The position numbers and the translations under genes were made by a program. Positions 27,538 to 37,965 of a stretch of DNA of 47,080 nt are shown one piece after another (the first letter of the stretch is position 1; each line of letters begins with the position of its first letter). This stretch comes from Minisyncoccota bacterium (GTDB taxonomy: Bacteria; Patescibacteriota; Minisyncoccia; Phycocordibacterales; UBA1006). Where the stretch lies: assembly GCA_028697455.1 (NCBI GenBank), contig JAQVEZ010000004.1, forward strand, positions 1-47,080, given 5' to 3'. Below the pieces are notes generated by a model, which worked only from the letters and a program-made list of their open reading frames with translations, did no database searches and was not told the origin of the DNA.

Positions 27538-29289
27538 TTAATGGTGATTTAAATGATTTTGTAATTCTCTTTTTTCGGCACTCAAATCCTGCGTTGCTTG
27601 GAGAAGGGATCTCACGGTATCAATATCCTTTCGAAGTTCAGCTTTTTTTATAAACTTATTATTCTCATCAATATGTTTTTCTATTTCAAAAATTCTTTGG
27701 ATATAGAGATCGTGAAGAAGTGATTCCAAGATATCTTTTGGATTTTGATTAAGATGATACTTTTCAGATAAAACAAAGAAATCTATGTTTTTCTTCGTTT
27801 GGTCAACTGCAGAAAAATCTTCTTCGAGTTTAGATTGAAATAGCTGAGAATAAAGATTGGAAATTTTTTTAAGAAAATCTTCTTGTATATCAATCCCGAG
27901 CTCTCTAAGAAAAATATATTTAGATAAAATTTGCTCTTTGGGTGACTCTTTTTCTTTGTGTCTCATTATTTTTTCATTCTCTTTTTCCTGAGGGAGAAAT
28001 TCTTCTTTTTCTTGAGAAAAAAATTCTGAAAAATCAAGTCTTACTGAATCAACATCAACCCCCAAGAATAAAGCTATTTTTTGAAGATATTTATCTCTGG
28101 TAATCGCGCTTTGAACAAAACCCAAGAAACTAAAAATATCTTCATAAATAACTTTCCTTTTTTCTTCAAAAGACAGCTGTTCAGAAAATTCTAATAATTC
28201 AAGCCTATAATCGATATAATTTTTTGCGTCTCGAATAGCAACCTCCCAAAGTTCTTTTGACTTTTTTATAATACTTGCCGGATCCTCTCCTTGCGGAAGC
28301 GTGATAATTGACACAGAAGCTCCCATTGAATACGCAAGAGAGACGCTTCTTTTCGTTGCTTGTATCCCCGCGGAATCAGCATCAAGTGCAAGATAAAGGT
28401 TGTTTGAAAAACGAAGAAGCTGTTCAAGATGATTCTTTGTAAGTCCCGTCCCAGAGATTGCAACGGTATTAGCAAACCCTACCTGTTGAGAAAGGATTGC
28501 ATCAAACTGCCCTTCAACCAAAATACAAAAATCTTTTTTTGTAATTTCTTTTTTCGCGGTATGGAAACCATAAAGAACATCAGATTTATGGAAGAGAACG
28601 CTTTCAGGACTATTGACATATTTTGCATTTTTCTCATCCTTTTCTCCTGGAAAAATCCTCCCAGAAAAGCCAACAATTCTCCCCTGAGAATCAAAAAGTG
28701 GGAACATAATCCGCGAACGAAAACGATCATAAAAACTAGTTCCGCCTTGTTTTTTGGTACTCATCCCTGAAGCATAGATTTCTTCATCTTGATAATTTTT
28801 TTGTTTCAAAAAATCATAAGCTGATGTCCAAGCGTCTGGGGCAAAACCCAAACGAAAAGTTTGGACCGTTTCTCGATTAAGTCCTCTTTCTGAGAGGTAC
28901 TGCAACGCTTCTTTGTTTTGAGAAAGTTGTATTGAGTACCATCGAGAAACCTCATCAATAAGTTTATAGAGTTTTGTTTTTTTATTTGTACTTTCTTGAG
29001 ACTGTTTCCCCGAAGAAAGCGAAACGTTTGCTCGTTCAGCAAGCAAAACCAAAGCCTCTTTAAAACTGATTTTTTCTATTTCTTGAATAAAGGTAAAGAT
29101 ATCTCCGCCTTTCCCGCTAGAAAAACAATAGAAGAAGCCTTTTTCTGGTGAAACAAAAAAAGAAGGTGTTTTTTCGCTCGTAAAAGGAGATCTTCCTTTG
29201 TAAGAGCCTCCTGCTTTTTCTAGTTTGACATAAGAAGACACGACATCAAGAATATTTAATTTATCTTTAATGAGATCTATATCTGTCAT
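27538..29289 (-). CDS. dnaG: DNA primase
   Basis: Degenerate zinc-binding region GRSPFTSEKTPSF...FYCFSSG, FRSRIMFP, KYVNSPES, LVEGQFD, ALDADSAG. Confidence 0.95.
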   Translation of the reverse strand: MTDIDLIKDKLNILDVVSSYVKLEKAGGSYKGRSPFTSEKTPSFFVSPEKGFFYCFSSGKGGDIFTFIQEIEKISFKEALVLLAERANVSLSSGKQSQESTNKKTKLYKLIDEVSRWYSIQLSQNKEALQYLSERGLNRETVQTFRLGFAPDAWTSAYDFLKQKNYQDEEIYASGMSTKKQGGTSFYDRFRSRIMFPLFDSQGRIVGFSGRIFPGEKDEKNAKYVNSPESVLFHKSDVLYGFHTAKKEITKKDFCILVEGQFDAILSQQVGFANTVAISGTGLTKNHLEQLLRFSNNLYLALDADSAGIQATKRSVSLAYSMGASVSIITLPQGEDPASIIKKSKELWEVAIRDAKNYIDYRLELLEFSEQLSFEEKRKVIYEDIFSFLGFVQSAITRDKYLQKIALFLGVDVDSVRLDFSEFFSQEKEEFLPQEKENEKIMRHKEKESPKEQILSKYIFLRELGIDIQEDFLKKISNLYSQLFQSKLEEDFSAVDQTKKNIDFFVLSEKYHLNQNPKDILESLLHDLYIQRIFEIEKHIDENNKFIKKAELRKDIDTVRSLLQATQDLSAEKRELQNHLNHH

Positions 29290-29342
29290 ACCTTTTAAGA
29301 AATTAAATGAAATAAAACAATGCTCAACCTTTGTTAAGGGCT

Positions 29343-32300
29343 TTACTCTTCGTCTTCTTCTGTGGAATTATCAAGCTCTCCCATATCAATAAAATCATCT
29401 CGGAGACCTGTTCCAGCAGGGATAAGATTTCCGATAATAACATTCTCTTTGAGCCCACGGAGCTGGTCTTTTTCTCCAGCAATAGCAGCAGAGACAAGAA
29501 TACGAGTTGTATGCTGGAAAGACGCAGAAGAAAGCCATGAGGTTGTGCTCAAGGCAACTTCAGAAATTCCTTTCACAACAATTTTTGATTTTGCTGGAAG
29601 TTTTCCTTGCTCTTCAACAAGATTATTTTCTTCAACAAAATCGATATTTTCAACGATATCTCCCGTTGAGAATTTTGTATCTCCTGGATTAACAATTCTC
29701 CTTCGAGAAAACATGAGGCGCGCAATAATTTCAATATGTTTTTTAGCAACAGGAGCTGAGTTCAGCTCATATACCTTGGCAACTTCAGAAACAATATACG
29801 CCTGAGCAACATCTACTCCCGCAATATTAAAGAGGGTTTCAATGTCAGCAGACCCATCAGTAAGGAGCATCCCAACAGAAACTCGCTGCCCTTTTTCAAC
29901 GGCAAGTGTTCTTCGTCGGTCAATTTCATATTCAACGGTTTTTGTTTTTTTATTTGAAACCTGAATCTCAGCATCAGAAAGAATTTCAATATATTTTATC
30001 CCTTCTCGAAGAAAGACATCAGAAACAACCCCATCAACTTCTGAAATAAGTGCTGGTGATTTAATATTTGACCGCTTCTCAAAAAGCTCTTCTATTCGAG
30101 GAAGTCCAGTGGTGATATCAAGACCAGTAACCCCTCCTGCGTGGAAGGTTCGTAGAGTAAGCTGGGTTCCCGGCTCACCAATAGACTGTGAAGCAATCGT
30201 ACCAACAGCTTCACCGACGCGAACTAAAGAGTTTCTACCAAGATCAAGACCATAACACTGCTGGCAAATTCCATGAAGACTTTCACACTTTAAAGGAGAA
30301 CGAACAGGAACTTCCTGAAGCTTTAACTCGAGAATCTTTGAAACTTCTTCTTTTCCAAGAAGGACTCCTTTTTTGAGAACAACCTCTCCTTTCTTGTCTA
30401 CGATCTTATCAGCAAGAACTCTTCCCACAAGGTTTTGTTCTAGTGTTCGAACAACTCCATCGAAATTCTCTTCTCGGGCTAGGATGTATTTCTTTGTTCC
30501 ACAATCTTCCTGAGTAACGACAACATCTTGTGCAACATCATGAAGTCTACGAGTAAGGTATCCAGCTGATGCTGTTTTCAACGCTGTATCGGTTAACCCT
30601 TTTCGGGAACCGTGAGTGGTAATAAAATATTCAATTGGAGAAAGTCCTTCCTTGTAAGAATTTAAGATAGGAAAATCAATAGCATGACCTGTTGCACTTA
30701 CAATGATTCCTTTCATACCTGCCATCTGGAGCATGTTTGAACTTGTTCCTCGTGCACCAGAGGTAATCATGTCTGATATTGACTCTGATTTGCCAATATT
30801 CTTGACAATAAGGGTCTCAATGTCTCCTTTCACACCTTCCCATAGTTCAATAGTTTTTCGATAACGTTCCCCGTCAGAGATAAGACCTTCTTCAAACTGC
30901 TCCTGAATTTCAAGAGCTTTTTCTTTGGCAGGTTGAATAATATCTTCTTTTTCTTTTGGAACAATTGCATCAGCATACGAGAAGGTTGATCCTGAAAAGG
31001 TTACATACTTAAACCCAAAATTCTTAATTTTATCAAGAACTTCTGATGATTCTTCAACTCCGTATTTTTCAATAAGTTTAATGATGATATTTGAAAGATC
31101 TTTCTTCTTAATATCCTTATTAAGAAATCCAAAATCTTCTGGCAAAATACTATTAAAAAGCAATCTTCCGATGGTTGTTTCAAAAGGTTTCCCTTCAAAT
31201 TCAGAATATCGTATTGATTCAGTCCCAATAACTCTTATACGTGCTCTAAAATCAACTTTTTCAAAATCATAAGCAGTAATAGCTTCATTTGGAGAAGAAA
31301 AGATCTTTCCTTCTCCTTTCTTACCTTCTACAAGTCGTGTCATCCAATATACCCCCAAAACCATATCTTGAGAGGGAGAAACAATTGGATCCCCAGAAGA
31401 TGGTTTTAAAAGGTTTTTCCCTGCTGCCATAAGAAGCTCTGATTCTTTTTGTGCTTCGTCAGAAAGAGGAACGTGAACTGCCATTTGATCTCCGTCAAAG
31501 TCAGCGTTGAATCCCGCACAAGAAAGAGGGTGAAGCTGTATCGCTTTTCCTTCAATAAGGATAGGTCTGAAAGCTCTAATTGAAAGTCGGTGAAGCGTTG
31601 GCGCTCGGTTCAAGAGAATATATTTCCCCTTAATAACTTCCTCCAAAATAGCCCAGACTTCATCAGTCGGTTGCTCTAAGAGCTTTCCTCCTCCACGAAC
31701 GTTAAAGGCCATTTCTCGTTCTATAATTTTTGAAATAACGAAAGGTCTAAAGAGCTCCAAAGCCATGTGTTTTGGAATTCCACACTCATCAATATTGAGA
31801 TTTGGACCAACCACGATAACAGACCTTCCAGAATAATCTACTCGTTTTCCAAGAAGGTTTTGGCGGAATAATCCTTGTTTCCCCTTAAGGTTGTCAGAAA
31901 GTGATTTCAAAGATCTTTTCTGGGAAATTGACTTTGCTACGGTTCCTGAATGTTTTCTAATGGTGTTGTCAATAAGAGAATCAACGGCCTCTTGAAGAAT
32001 ACGTTTTTCGTTCCTCAAAATAACATCAGGAGCATCAATGGTCATGAGTTTTTTAAGACGGTTGTTTCTGTTGATAACTCTTCGGTAAAGATCATTCACG
32101 TCAGAGGTTGCGTATCGTCCTCCTTCAAGAGCCACCATAGGGCGCAAAGCTGGAGGAATGACTGGGATAGCGCTCAAAAACATCCATTCAGGTCGAATAT
32201 TTTCACGATTGAGCGCCTTAATAAGACTTAAACGTTTTTCTATTTTTGTTCGAGAAATAACAGATTTTGTTGTATGAGCTTCTTGAACCAGCTGTTCTTC

Positions 32301-32996
32301 AAGGGCATTAAGATCAAGGTTTTGAAAAATGCGGTGGATTGCCTCAGCTCCAATTCCAGCCTCAAAAATAGAACCAAACTTAAATGAAAAGATATTATAC
32401 TCATCTTCGGTAATTATCTTATGAGGAACAATATCTTGGATATCTTTTTTTGTTTTATCAAAAAGCTCCTTTAGTTTGTCTTTTTCTTCTGATGAGGAAA
32501 TTGTTTTTAACTTTGTTTTGTATTCTTTTTGAAGATCTCGAAGAACTTTTTCTTTAACGTCTTCGTGAACTTCCGTAATAATATAACTTGCAAAATACAC
32601 AACCTTTTCAAGTTGAGAAACAGAAACATCTAAAATGAGTCCCATTCGTGAGGGAATACCTCGAAGAAACCAAATATGAGCAACAGGAGAAGCAAGCTCA
32701 ATGTGTCCCATTCGTGAACGACGAACAATAGAGCGGGTTACTTCAACTCCACACTTTTCACAAACGATATCTTTGTATCGTATTCCTTTATATTTTCCAC
32801 AATAACATTCATAATCTTTTTCTGGACCAAAAATTCTCTCATCGAAGAGTCCATTTCTTTCAGATCTACCGGTTCGATAGTTAATTGTTTCTGGTTTTAC
32901 TACCTCACCATAAGACCAGTCTCGTACGGTATCTGGAGAAGCGAGGCGTAGCGATACAATTTTATCCTGAGAATTATTTTGTTTATTCTTTATCAT
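29343..32996 (-). CDS. rpoC: RNA polymerase beta' subunit
   Basis: CYCGKYK, LLGKRVDYSGRSV, NADFDGD catalytic motif, SIGEPGTQLTLRTFH. Confidence 0.99.
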   Translation of the reverse strand: MIKNKQNNSQDKIVSLRLASPDTVRDWSYGEVVKPETINYRTGRSERNGLFDERIFGPEKDYECYCGKYKGIRYKDIVCEKCGVEVTRSIVRRSRMGHIELASPVAHIWFLRGIPSRMGLILDVSVSQLEKVVYFASYIITEVHEDVKEKVLRDLQKEYKTKLKTISSSEEKDKLKELFDKTKKDIQDIVPHKIITEDEYNIFSFKFGSIFEAGIGAEAIHRIFQNLDLNALEEQLVQEAHTTKSVISRTKIEKRLSLIKALNRENIRPEWMFLSAIPVIPPALRPMVALEGGRYATSDVNDLYRRVINRNNRLKKLMTIDAPDVILRNEKRILQEAVDSLIDNTIRKHSGTVAKSISQKRSLKSLSDNLKGKQGLFRQNLLGKRVDYSGRSVIVVGPNLNIDECGIPKHMALELFRPFVISKIIEREMAFNVRGGGKLLEQPTDEVWAILEEVIKGKYILLNRAPTLHRLSIRAFRPILIEGKAIQLHPLSCAGFNADFDGDQMAVHVPLSDEAQKESELLMAAGKNLLKPSSGDPIVSPSQDMVLGVYWMTRLVEGKKGEGKIFSSPNEAITAYDFEKVDFRARIRVIGTESIRYSEFEGKPFETTIGRLLFNSILPEDFGFLNKDIKKKDLSNIIIKLIEKYGVEESSEVLDKIKNFGFKYVTFSGSTFSYADAIVPKEKEDIIQPAKEKALEIQEQFEEGLISDGERYRKTIELWEGVKGDIETLIVKNIGKSESISDMITSGARGTSSNMLQMAGMKGIIVSATGHAIDFPILNSYKEGLSPIEYFITTHGSRKGLTDTALKTASAGYLTRRLHDVAQDVVVTQEDCGTKKYILAREENFDGVVRTLEQNLVGRVLADKIVDKKGEVVLKKGVLLGKEEVSKILELKLQEVPVRSPLKCESLHGICQQCYGLDLGRNSLVRVGEAVGTIASQSIGEPGTQLTLRTFHAGGVTGLDITTGLPRIEELFEKRSNIKSPALISEVDGVVSDVFLREGIKYIEILSDAEIQVSNKKTKTVEYEIDRRRTLAVEKGQRVSVGMLLTDGSADIETLFNIAGVDVAQAYIVSEVAKVYELNSAPVAKKHIEIIARLMFSRRRIVNPGDTKFSTGDIVENIDFVEENNLVEEQGKLPAKSKIVVKGISEVALSTTSWLSSASFQHTTRILVSAAIAGEKDQLRGLKENVIIGNLIPAGTGLRDDFIDMGELDNSTEEDEE

Positions 32997-33025
32997 AATA
33001 ATTTATTATTTAGCTACCAAGATTT

Positions 33026-36000
33026 TTAAAGGGTCTCTTCTGGAGATTCAATTCCCAGAACTTTATTGTGAGCCAAGGAAATTAAGTTCTCTCCTTTTAG
33101 GGTTTCAAGATTAACATCAAGTGAAAGCCCTCTCAGGTAATTAACGAGAACCTCAAAGGAGGCAGGAATTCCTTGTTGAGATATTCTCTCTCCCTTAATA
33201 ATCGCATCAAAAGCAGCTGATCTTCCGGCAACATCATCTGATTTTATGGTGAGCATCTCTCTTAGCGTGTGAGCGGCACCGTATCCTTCAAGGGCCCAAA
33301 CTTCCATTTCTCCAAACCGCTGCCCTCCTGATTGGGCTTTTCCTCCAAGAGGTTGTTGAGTAATAAGTGAGTATGGCCCAATAGATCGTGCGTGAAGTTT
33401 ATCGTCAACCATGTGATGGAGTTTAAGAATGTACATGTATCCAACAGCAACATCTTGATCAAATTTCTGCCCTGTTCTTCCATCGTACAGGGTTACTTTC
33501 CCTGTTGAAGAAAGCCCAGCTTTTTCAAGCTCTGCGGCGATTTCATCCGGTGTTGCCCCAGCAAAAGAGGGAACAATGGCTTGATATCCAAGAGAGTTTG
33601 CTGCCATACCAAGGTGAAGTTCAAGAATTTGCCCAAGGTTCATACGCGAAGGAATTCCCAATGGAGTCAAAATAACATCAACAGATGTTCCATCTTCCAT
33701 GTATGGCATATCCTCTTCTGGGAGAATAATAGAAATAACCCCCTTATTTCCATGTCGTCCTGCAAGTTTGTCTCCAACCTTAACATTGCGCAACTGAGCT
33801 ACTTCAATATAAATCTTTTTGAGAACCCCTGATTCAAGTTTGTGTCCAAGATCTCGAGAAAATATTTTTACTCCAATAACACGACCTCGCTCTCCATAAC
33901 CAAGACGAAGAGAAGTATCTTTTACGTCTCGTGATTTTTCTCCAAAAATTGAGCGCAGAAGTTTTTCTTCTGGGGTAAGTTCTGTTTCTCCCTTAGGAGT
34001 TACCTTCCCAACAAGAATATCGTTTTCTCCAACATAAGCTCCGACACGAACAATTCCGTCTGCATCAAGATTTGCAAGACGTGACTCTCCAACATTTGGA
34101 ATGTCAGTGGTTATTTGCTCTTCCCCAAGCTTAGTATCTCGAACGACACATTCATACTCATCAATTCGAATTGAAGTGAAAATTGAATTTTTTACTAGTC
34201 GCTCTGAGAGAATAATCGCATCCTCGTAGTTTTGCCCATTCCAACACATAAAAGCAACAAGGACATTCTGCCCAATGGCTAATTGTCCTCCGTCAGTTGT
34301 TGAGGTGTCGGCAAGAACCTGTCCTTTTTTCACCTTATCCCCTACCGTAACAATAGGTCGCTGGTGGAAGAAGGAGTTTGAGTTTGTTCGGATAAAGTTT
34401 ATGAGATTATAGTGTTCAAGATTCCCTTTTGAATCTTTAACAACAATGTGTTTTCCGTCTGATTCGGTGACAACTCCAACACCACGAGAAATAACAACTC
34501 TTCCTGTATCAAGAGCAGCTTTCTCTTCCATTCCTGTAGCTACTAAAGGAGCTTCAGGAACAATAAGAGGCACTCCTTGCTTCATCATGTTTGATCCCAT
34601 AAGCGATCGGTTGGCATCATCAGCCTCAAGGAAAGGAATCAACGAGGTTGCAACAGAAAACGCCATGTTGGTTGCAACATCAATAAAATCAACTTCGTCT
34701 TTTGTACAAATTCCTGGGTGAGTCTTAACACGCGCCTCAACAAATTCATCTAAAAACTCTCCTTTTTCGTTATAAGGATTTGAAGCGTGCGCAATATTAT
34801 ATTTTTCTTCCTCCATGGCATTAAGATATACAATCTCTCCAGTTATTTTTCCTTTTTCTACTTTTGCATAAGGAGATTCAATCATACCAAAATCATTAAT
34901 ACGAGCATACACAGAAAGCCTTAAAATAAGCCCAATATTTTGCCCTTCTGGGGTATGAATAGGACACACGCGACCATAATGAGATGGGTGAACATCTCGA
35001 ACTTCAAACCCTGCCCGCTCACGAACAAGCCCTCCTGGACCAAGAGCTGAAAGGGTTCGAAGACTCTCAATCTCTGCAAGAGTATTTTCTTGATCCATAT
35101 ATTGTGAGAGCTGACTTGTTGCGAAAAATTCCTTAATTCGAGCCTGAAGAGGTCGTTGGTTTATAAGATGAATTGCTTGAGTTGTTTCTGCATCAACCGT
35201 AGACATTCTGTCTCGAATATTTCTTTTCATCTGGGACATTGCTTGTCGAACTTTTTGTTCGAGCAATTCCCCGACAAAACGAACACGCCGTGAACCAAGG
35301 TGATCAATATCATCTTCTTTGGCACGAGGGTCGATATTCATTTCCGCTATCTTCTTAAAAATAATAATGAGATCATCGGAAGAAAGTGTCTGTTTGTATG
35401 AACCTTTTTTAGGAAGACTCAAATCAAAACGCTTATTAAAATGAAAGCGTCCAACTTCAGAAAGATCATAAAGATCTTCTCCAAAAATTGCATCAAAATA
35501 TTCAACAAGAGCATCCGCGGAAGCGATCTCTCCGTCTCGAATACGACGATAAATATCAACATACGCTTCTTGTTTATTTTTTGAACTATCTTTTGCAAGG
35601 GTTGCTTTCATTTGCTCAAGAGCAACAGGGTGATCTTCAACGGCTTTGAGTATTTGTTCATTAGATTCAAGGCCAAAAACTCTTAACAGTGCTGACGCAG
35701 CAAATTTTCTTTTTTTATCGATTCGAACATAAACTGCTCCGTCTTTGTTTGTTTCAAATTCAATCCACGCTCCTCGAGCTGGAATAATCTTCGCTCCAAA
35801 AAAAGGTCCTTTTGGGTGATCATCGGCAGTAAAGAACACTCCGTAACTACGAGCAAGCTGAGGAACAACAACCCTCTCGATACCATTAATAATAAAAGTA
35901 CCATGCGGAGTCATATAAGGAACTTCAGTCAAAAAGATTTCCTCTTCTTTTGTGGTATTGAGAGTTTTGTTATGTAAAGAAACTCGAGCTTTTAATTTAA

Positions 36001-36253
36001 GCTCAAGACTTTCTTTATTTTCTCGTGCATAGTATTCATCAAACTCAGGTTGCTCCATTGAAAAATCAAGAAACTTGAGTTCAAATTTCTTTTCCGAATA
36101 GTCAATAATAGGAGAAAAGTCCATTATTGCTTTCTGGATATCTTTTTCAATAAAACCTTCAAAAGAAGCAAGTTGGTTTTCAACCAAATTTGGCATTTCA
36201 ATTAGAGGTTTTTGATACTTTGAAAAATATTTTTTTTCTTTAATTTTTTTCAT
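33026..36253 (-). CDS. rpoB: RNA polymerase beta subunit
   Basis: GRVCPIHTPEGQNIGL, GDKLAGRHGNKG, GGQRFGEMEVWALE. Start set at ATG 36253. Confidence 0.99.
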   Translation of the reverse strand: MKKIKEKKYFSKYQKPLIEMPNLVENQLASFEGFIEKDIQKAIMDFSPIIDYSEKKFELKFLDFSMEQPEFDEYYARENKESLELKLKARVSLHNKTLNTTKEEEIFLTEVPYMTPHGTFIINGIERVVVPQLARSYGVFFTADDHPKGPFFGAKIIPARGAWIEFETNKDGAVYVRIDKKRKFAASALLRVFGLESNEQILKAVEDHPVALEQMKATLAKDSSKNKQEAYVDIYRRIRDGEIASADALVEYFDAIFGEDLYDLSEVGRFHFNKRFDLSLPKKGSYKQTLSSDDLIIIFKKIAEMNIDPRAKEDDIDHLGSRRVRFVGELLEQKVRQAMSQMKRNIRDRMSTVDAETTQAIHLINQRPLQARIKEFFATSQLSQYMDQENTLAEIESLRTLSALGPGGLVRERAGFEVRDVHPSHYGRVCPIHTPEGQNIGLILRLSVYARINDFGMIESPYAKVEKGKITGEIVYLNAMEEEKYNIAHASNPYNEKGEFLDEFVEARVKTHPGICTKDEVDFIDVATNMAFSVATSLIPFLEADDANRSLMGSNMMKQGVPLIVPEAPLVATGMEEKAALDTGRVVISRGVGVVTESDGKHIVVKDSKGNLEHYNLINFIRTNSNSFFHQRPIVTVGDKVKKGQVLADTSTTDGGQLAIGQNVLVAFMCWNGQNYEDAIILSERLVKNSIFTSIRIDEYECVVRDTKLGEEQITTDIPNVGESRLANLDADGIVRVGAYVGENDILVGKVTPKGETELTPEEKLLRSIFGEKSRDVKDTSLRLGYGERGRVIGVKIFSRDLGHKLESGVLKKIYIEVAQLRNVKVGDKLAGRHGNKGVISIILPEEDMPYMEDGTSVDVILTPLGIPSRMNLGQILELHLGMAANSLGYQAIVPSFAGATPDEIAAELEKAGLSSTGKVTLYDGRTGQKFDQDVAVGYMYILKLHHMVDDKLHARSIGPYSLITQQPLGGKAQSGGQRFGEMEVWALEGYGAAHTLREMLTIKSDDVAGRSAAFDAIIKGERISQQGIPASFEVLVNYLRGLSLDVNLETLKGENLISLAHNKVLGIESPEETL

Positions 36254-36384
36254 ATAATGCAGAAAAGACACCAAGATACTTGGTGTTTCTTAAATTAAGC
36301 TTAGGGGTGAGTAAGAAGTCTGAACAATCATATCCAAAGGGCCCAACGGTAACCACAACTCAATCGTTCTATTAGGTATTCTCT

Positions 36385-36412
36385 ATACTACTTATATATT
36401 CATTTTTGTCAA
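36385..36412 (-). promoter_or_regulatory. sigma70 promoter upstream of rpoB
   Basis: TTGACA (36412-36407), 16-nt spacer, TAGTAT (36390-36385). Confidence 0.6.
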
Positions 36413-36429
36413 AAAGTACTTATAATTCT

Positions 36430-37077
36430 CTATCTTTCAGATCTCCAGAGGTCAATTTCTTTGTGATTTCCAGACAAAAGAACCTTAGGGACTTTATATG
36501 TTTTTTTATCAAACTGAATCTCTGCTGGCTTTGTGTACATTTCATGGGAAGAAATTCTTTCTTCCTCAAGAGATTCTTTATTCCCCAAAACACCAGGAAC
36601 AAAGCGACTCATTGCATCAATCATAACAAGAGCAGGAAGCTCTCCTCCCGTTAAAATATATTCTCCGATTGAGACGTCTTCTGCTTGTCTTCCTAGAACT
36701 TTTTTAACACGAGCGTCAATCCCTTCGTATCTTCCACAGATAAAAATAATATCAGTATATTTTTTAACAGAACTTTTTGCGTACGAAGAAGAAAATATTG
36801 TTCCCCCAGGGCTCAAAATAATTGTCTTGTATTTTTTTAAGGTGCTTTTCCCCCGAGCTTTCTTCCATGCAGCAAGAATTGGGAGAGCCGCCATTACCAT
36901 ACCAGGGCCTCCTCCATAAGGAGTATCATCAACTTTCTTATGTTTGTCTTTTGAAAAATCCCGCGGATTATAAAAACTTATTTTTATTTTCTTTGCTTCC
37001 TGTGCTCTTTTTAAGATAGAGTCAGAAAGATATGAAGAAAACATTTCTGGGAAAATACTAATAATATGAAAATGCAT
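36430..37077 (-). CDS. trmD: tRNA (guanine37-N1)-methyltransferase
   Basis: VDDTPYGGGPGMVM, CGRYEGIDAR, SIGEYILTGGELPA, LLSGNH. Confidence 0.97.
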   Translation of the reverse strand: MHFHIISIFPEMFSSYLSDSILKRAQEAKKIKISFYNPRDFSKDKHKKVDDTPYGGGPGMVMAALPILAAWKKARGKSTLKKYKTIILSPGGTIFSSSYAKSSVKKYTDIIFICGRYEGIDARVKKVLGRQAEDVSIGEYILTGGELPALVMIDAMSRFVPGVLGNKESLEEERISSHEMYTKPAEIQFDKKTYKVPKVLLSGNHKEIDLWRSER

Positions 37078-37157
37078 ATTCTCAGTATAGAAAAAAATAT
37101 CTTTTTTAAAAGGTAGAAAACTTTACGAAAAAAAATATTATGGCAAAATATATTCGT

Positions 37158-37462
37158 GGTATCGGGTAATCGCGCGACTGGAACACCAGAGTGAGGAAAG
37201 TCCGGACATGATTTTTTAAATAAAAAAGATAGCAGGTAACCCCTGTCCGTGGAAACACGCGAGGTGCGAACAGAGACGCTTAATCTGAAAAGAGAGAGTA
37301 CCCCTTGTGGGTAAGCTTCTTAGCAATAAGAAGTTGAAACGGCTAAATCCTTATCTTCATGCAAGGTCGAGTTTGCCTTGAGCATTCGTACCGCAAAGAA
37401 TATCTTGGTGACAAGATATCAAGACTAATGATTACCACAACAGAATCCGGCTTATAGATACC
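37158..37462 (+). ncRNA. rnpB: RNase P RNA
   Basis: GAGGAAAGTCCGG near the 5' end, ACAGAATCCGGCTTA near the 3' end, terminal pairing GGTATC/GATACC, followed by a terminator. Confidence 0.93.
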
Positions 37463-37464
37463 TA

Positions 37465-37500
37465 AAAACAAAATGCAAACAGATGTTTGCATTTTGTTTT
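37465..37500. terminator. Bidirectional terminator between rnpB and the DUF192 gene
   Basis: AAAACAAAATGCAAACA-GA-TGTTTGCATTTTGTTTT, long perfect inverted repeat. Confidence 0.8.
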
Positions 37501-37948
37501 ACCAAGAAACCTTATCACCAATCTGAATTCCTCGTTCCTCCGAAAGACCCGCAGTCGTCTCAAGAACATACTTTGCTTTTTCGCTTGGATAATAAATTTC
37601 TGGATAATCCTCAGGAAGGGCATTTTGTTTAATGCTTATGATTTTTTTATTGTTATCGATCCAAAAAATATCAATAGGAAAATTCATGTCTGGCATATGA
37701 AATCCATATACTCCCTCCCTATCAAAAATAAATAGCATCCCCTCATCTTCTGCAAGACTTTCTCGGAACGAGAGCCCTTGGTGACGTTTTGCCTCGGTAT
37801 TTGCCACATCAACAAAAAGAACAATATCATTATTAATAACAAGTTTTTGTTTTTCCCCATCCTTAAAGTAAAAAATTCCAAAAATGACAATAATAGCGAT
37901 AAAGACAAGGGTAAAAAACCCTTGTGATCTTTTGAAAAAACTTCTCAT
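37499..37948 (-). CDS. DUF192 family membrane-anchored protein
   Basis: VDVANTEAKRHQGLSFRESL...GMLFIF...FHMPDMNFPIDIFWID...YVLET. Confidence 0.88.
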   Translation of the reverse strand: MRSFFKRSQGFFTLVFIAIIVIFGIFYFKDGEKQKLVINNDIVLFVDVANTEAKRHQGLSFRESLAEDEGMLFIFDREGVYGFHMPDMNFPIDIFWIDNNKKIISIKQNALPEDYPEIYYPSEKAKYVLETTAGLSEERGIQIGDKVSW

Positions 37949-37949
37949 A

Positions 37950-37965
37950 TGCTATGATCATACCA
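37950..37965. promoter_or_regulatory. Palindromic bidirectional extended -10 element serving lepB and the DUF192 gene
   Basis: TATGATCATA (37953-37962) is self-complementary, giving TATGAT on both strands, each preceded by TGn and 6 or 8 nt from an ATG. Confidence 0.65.
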
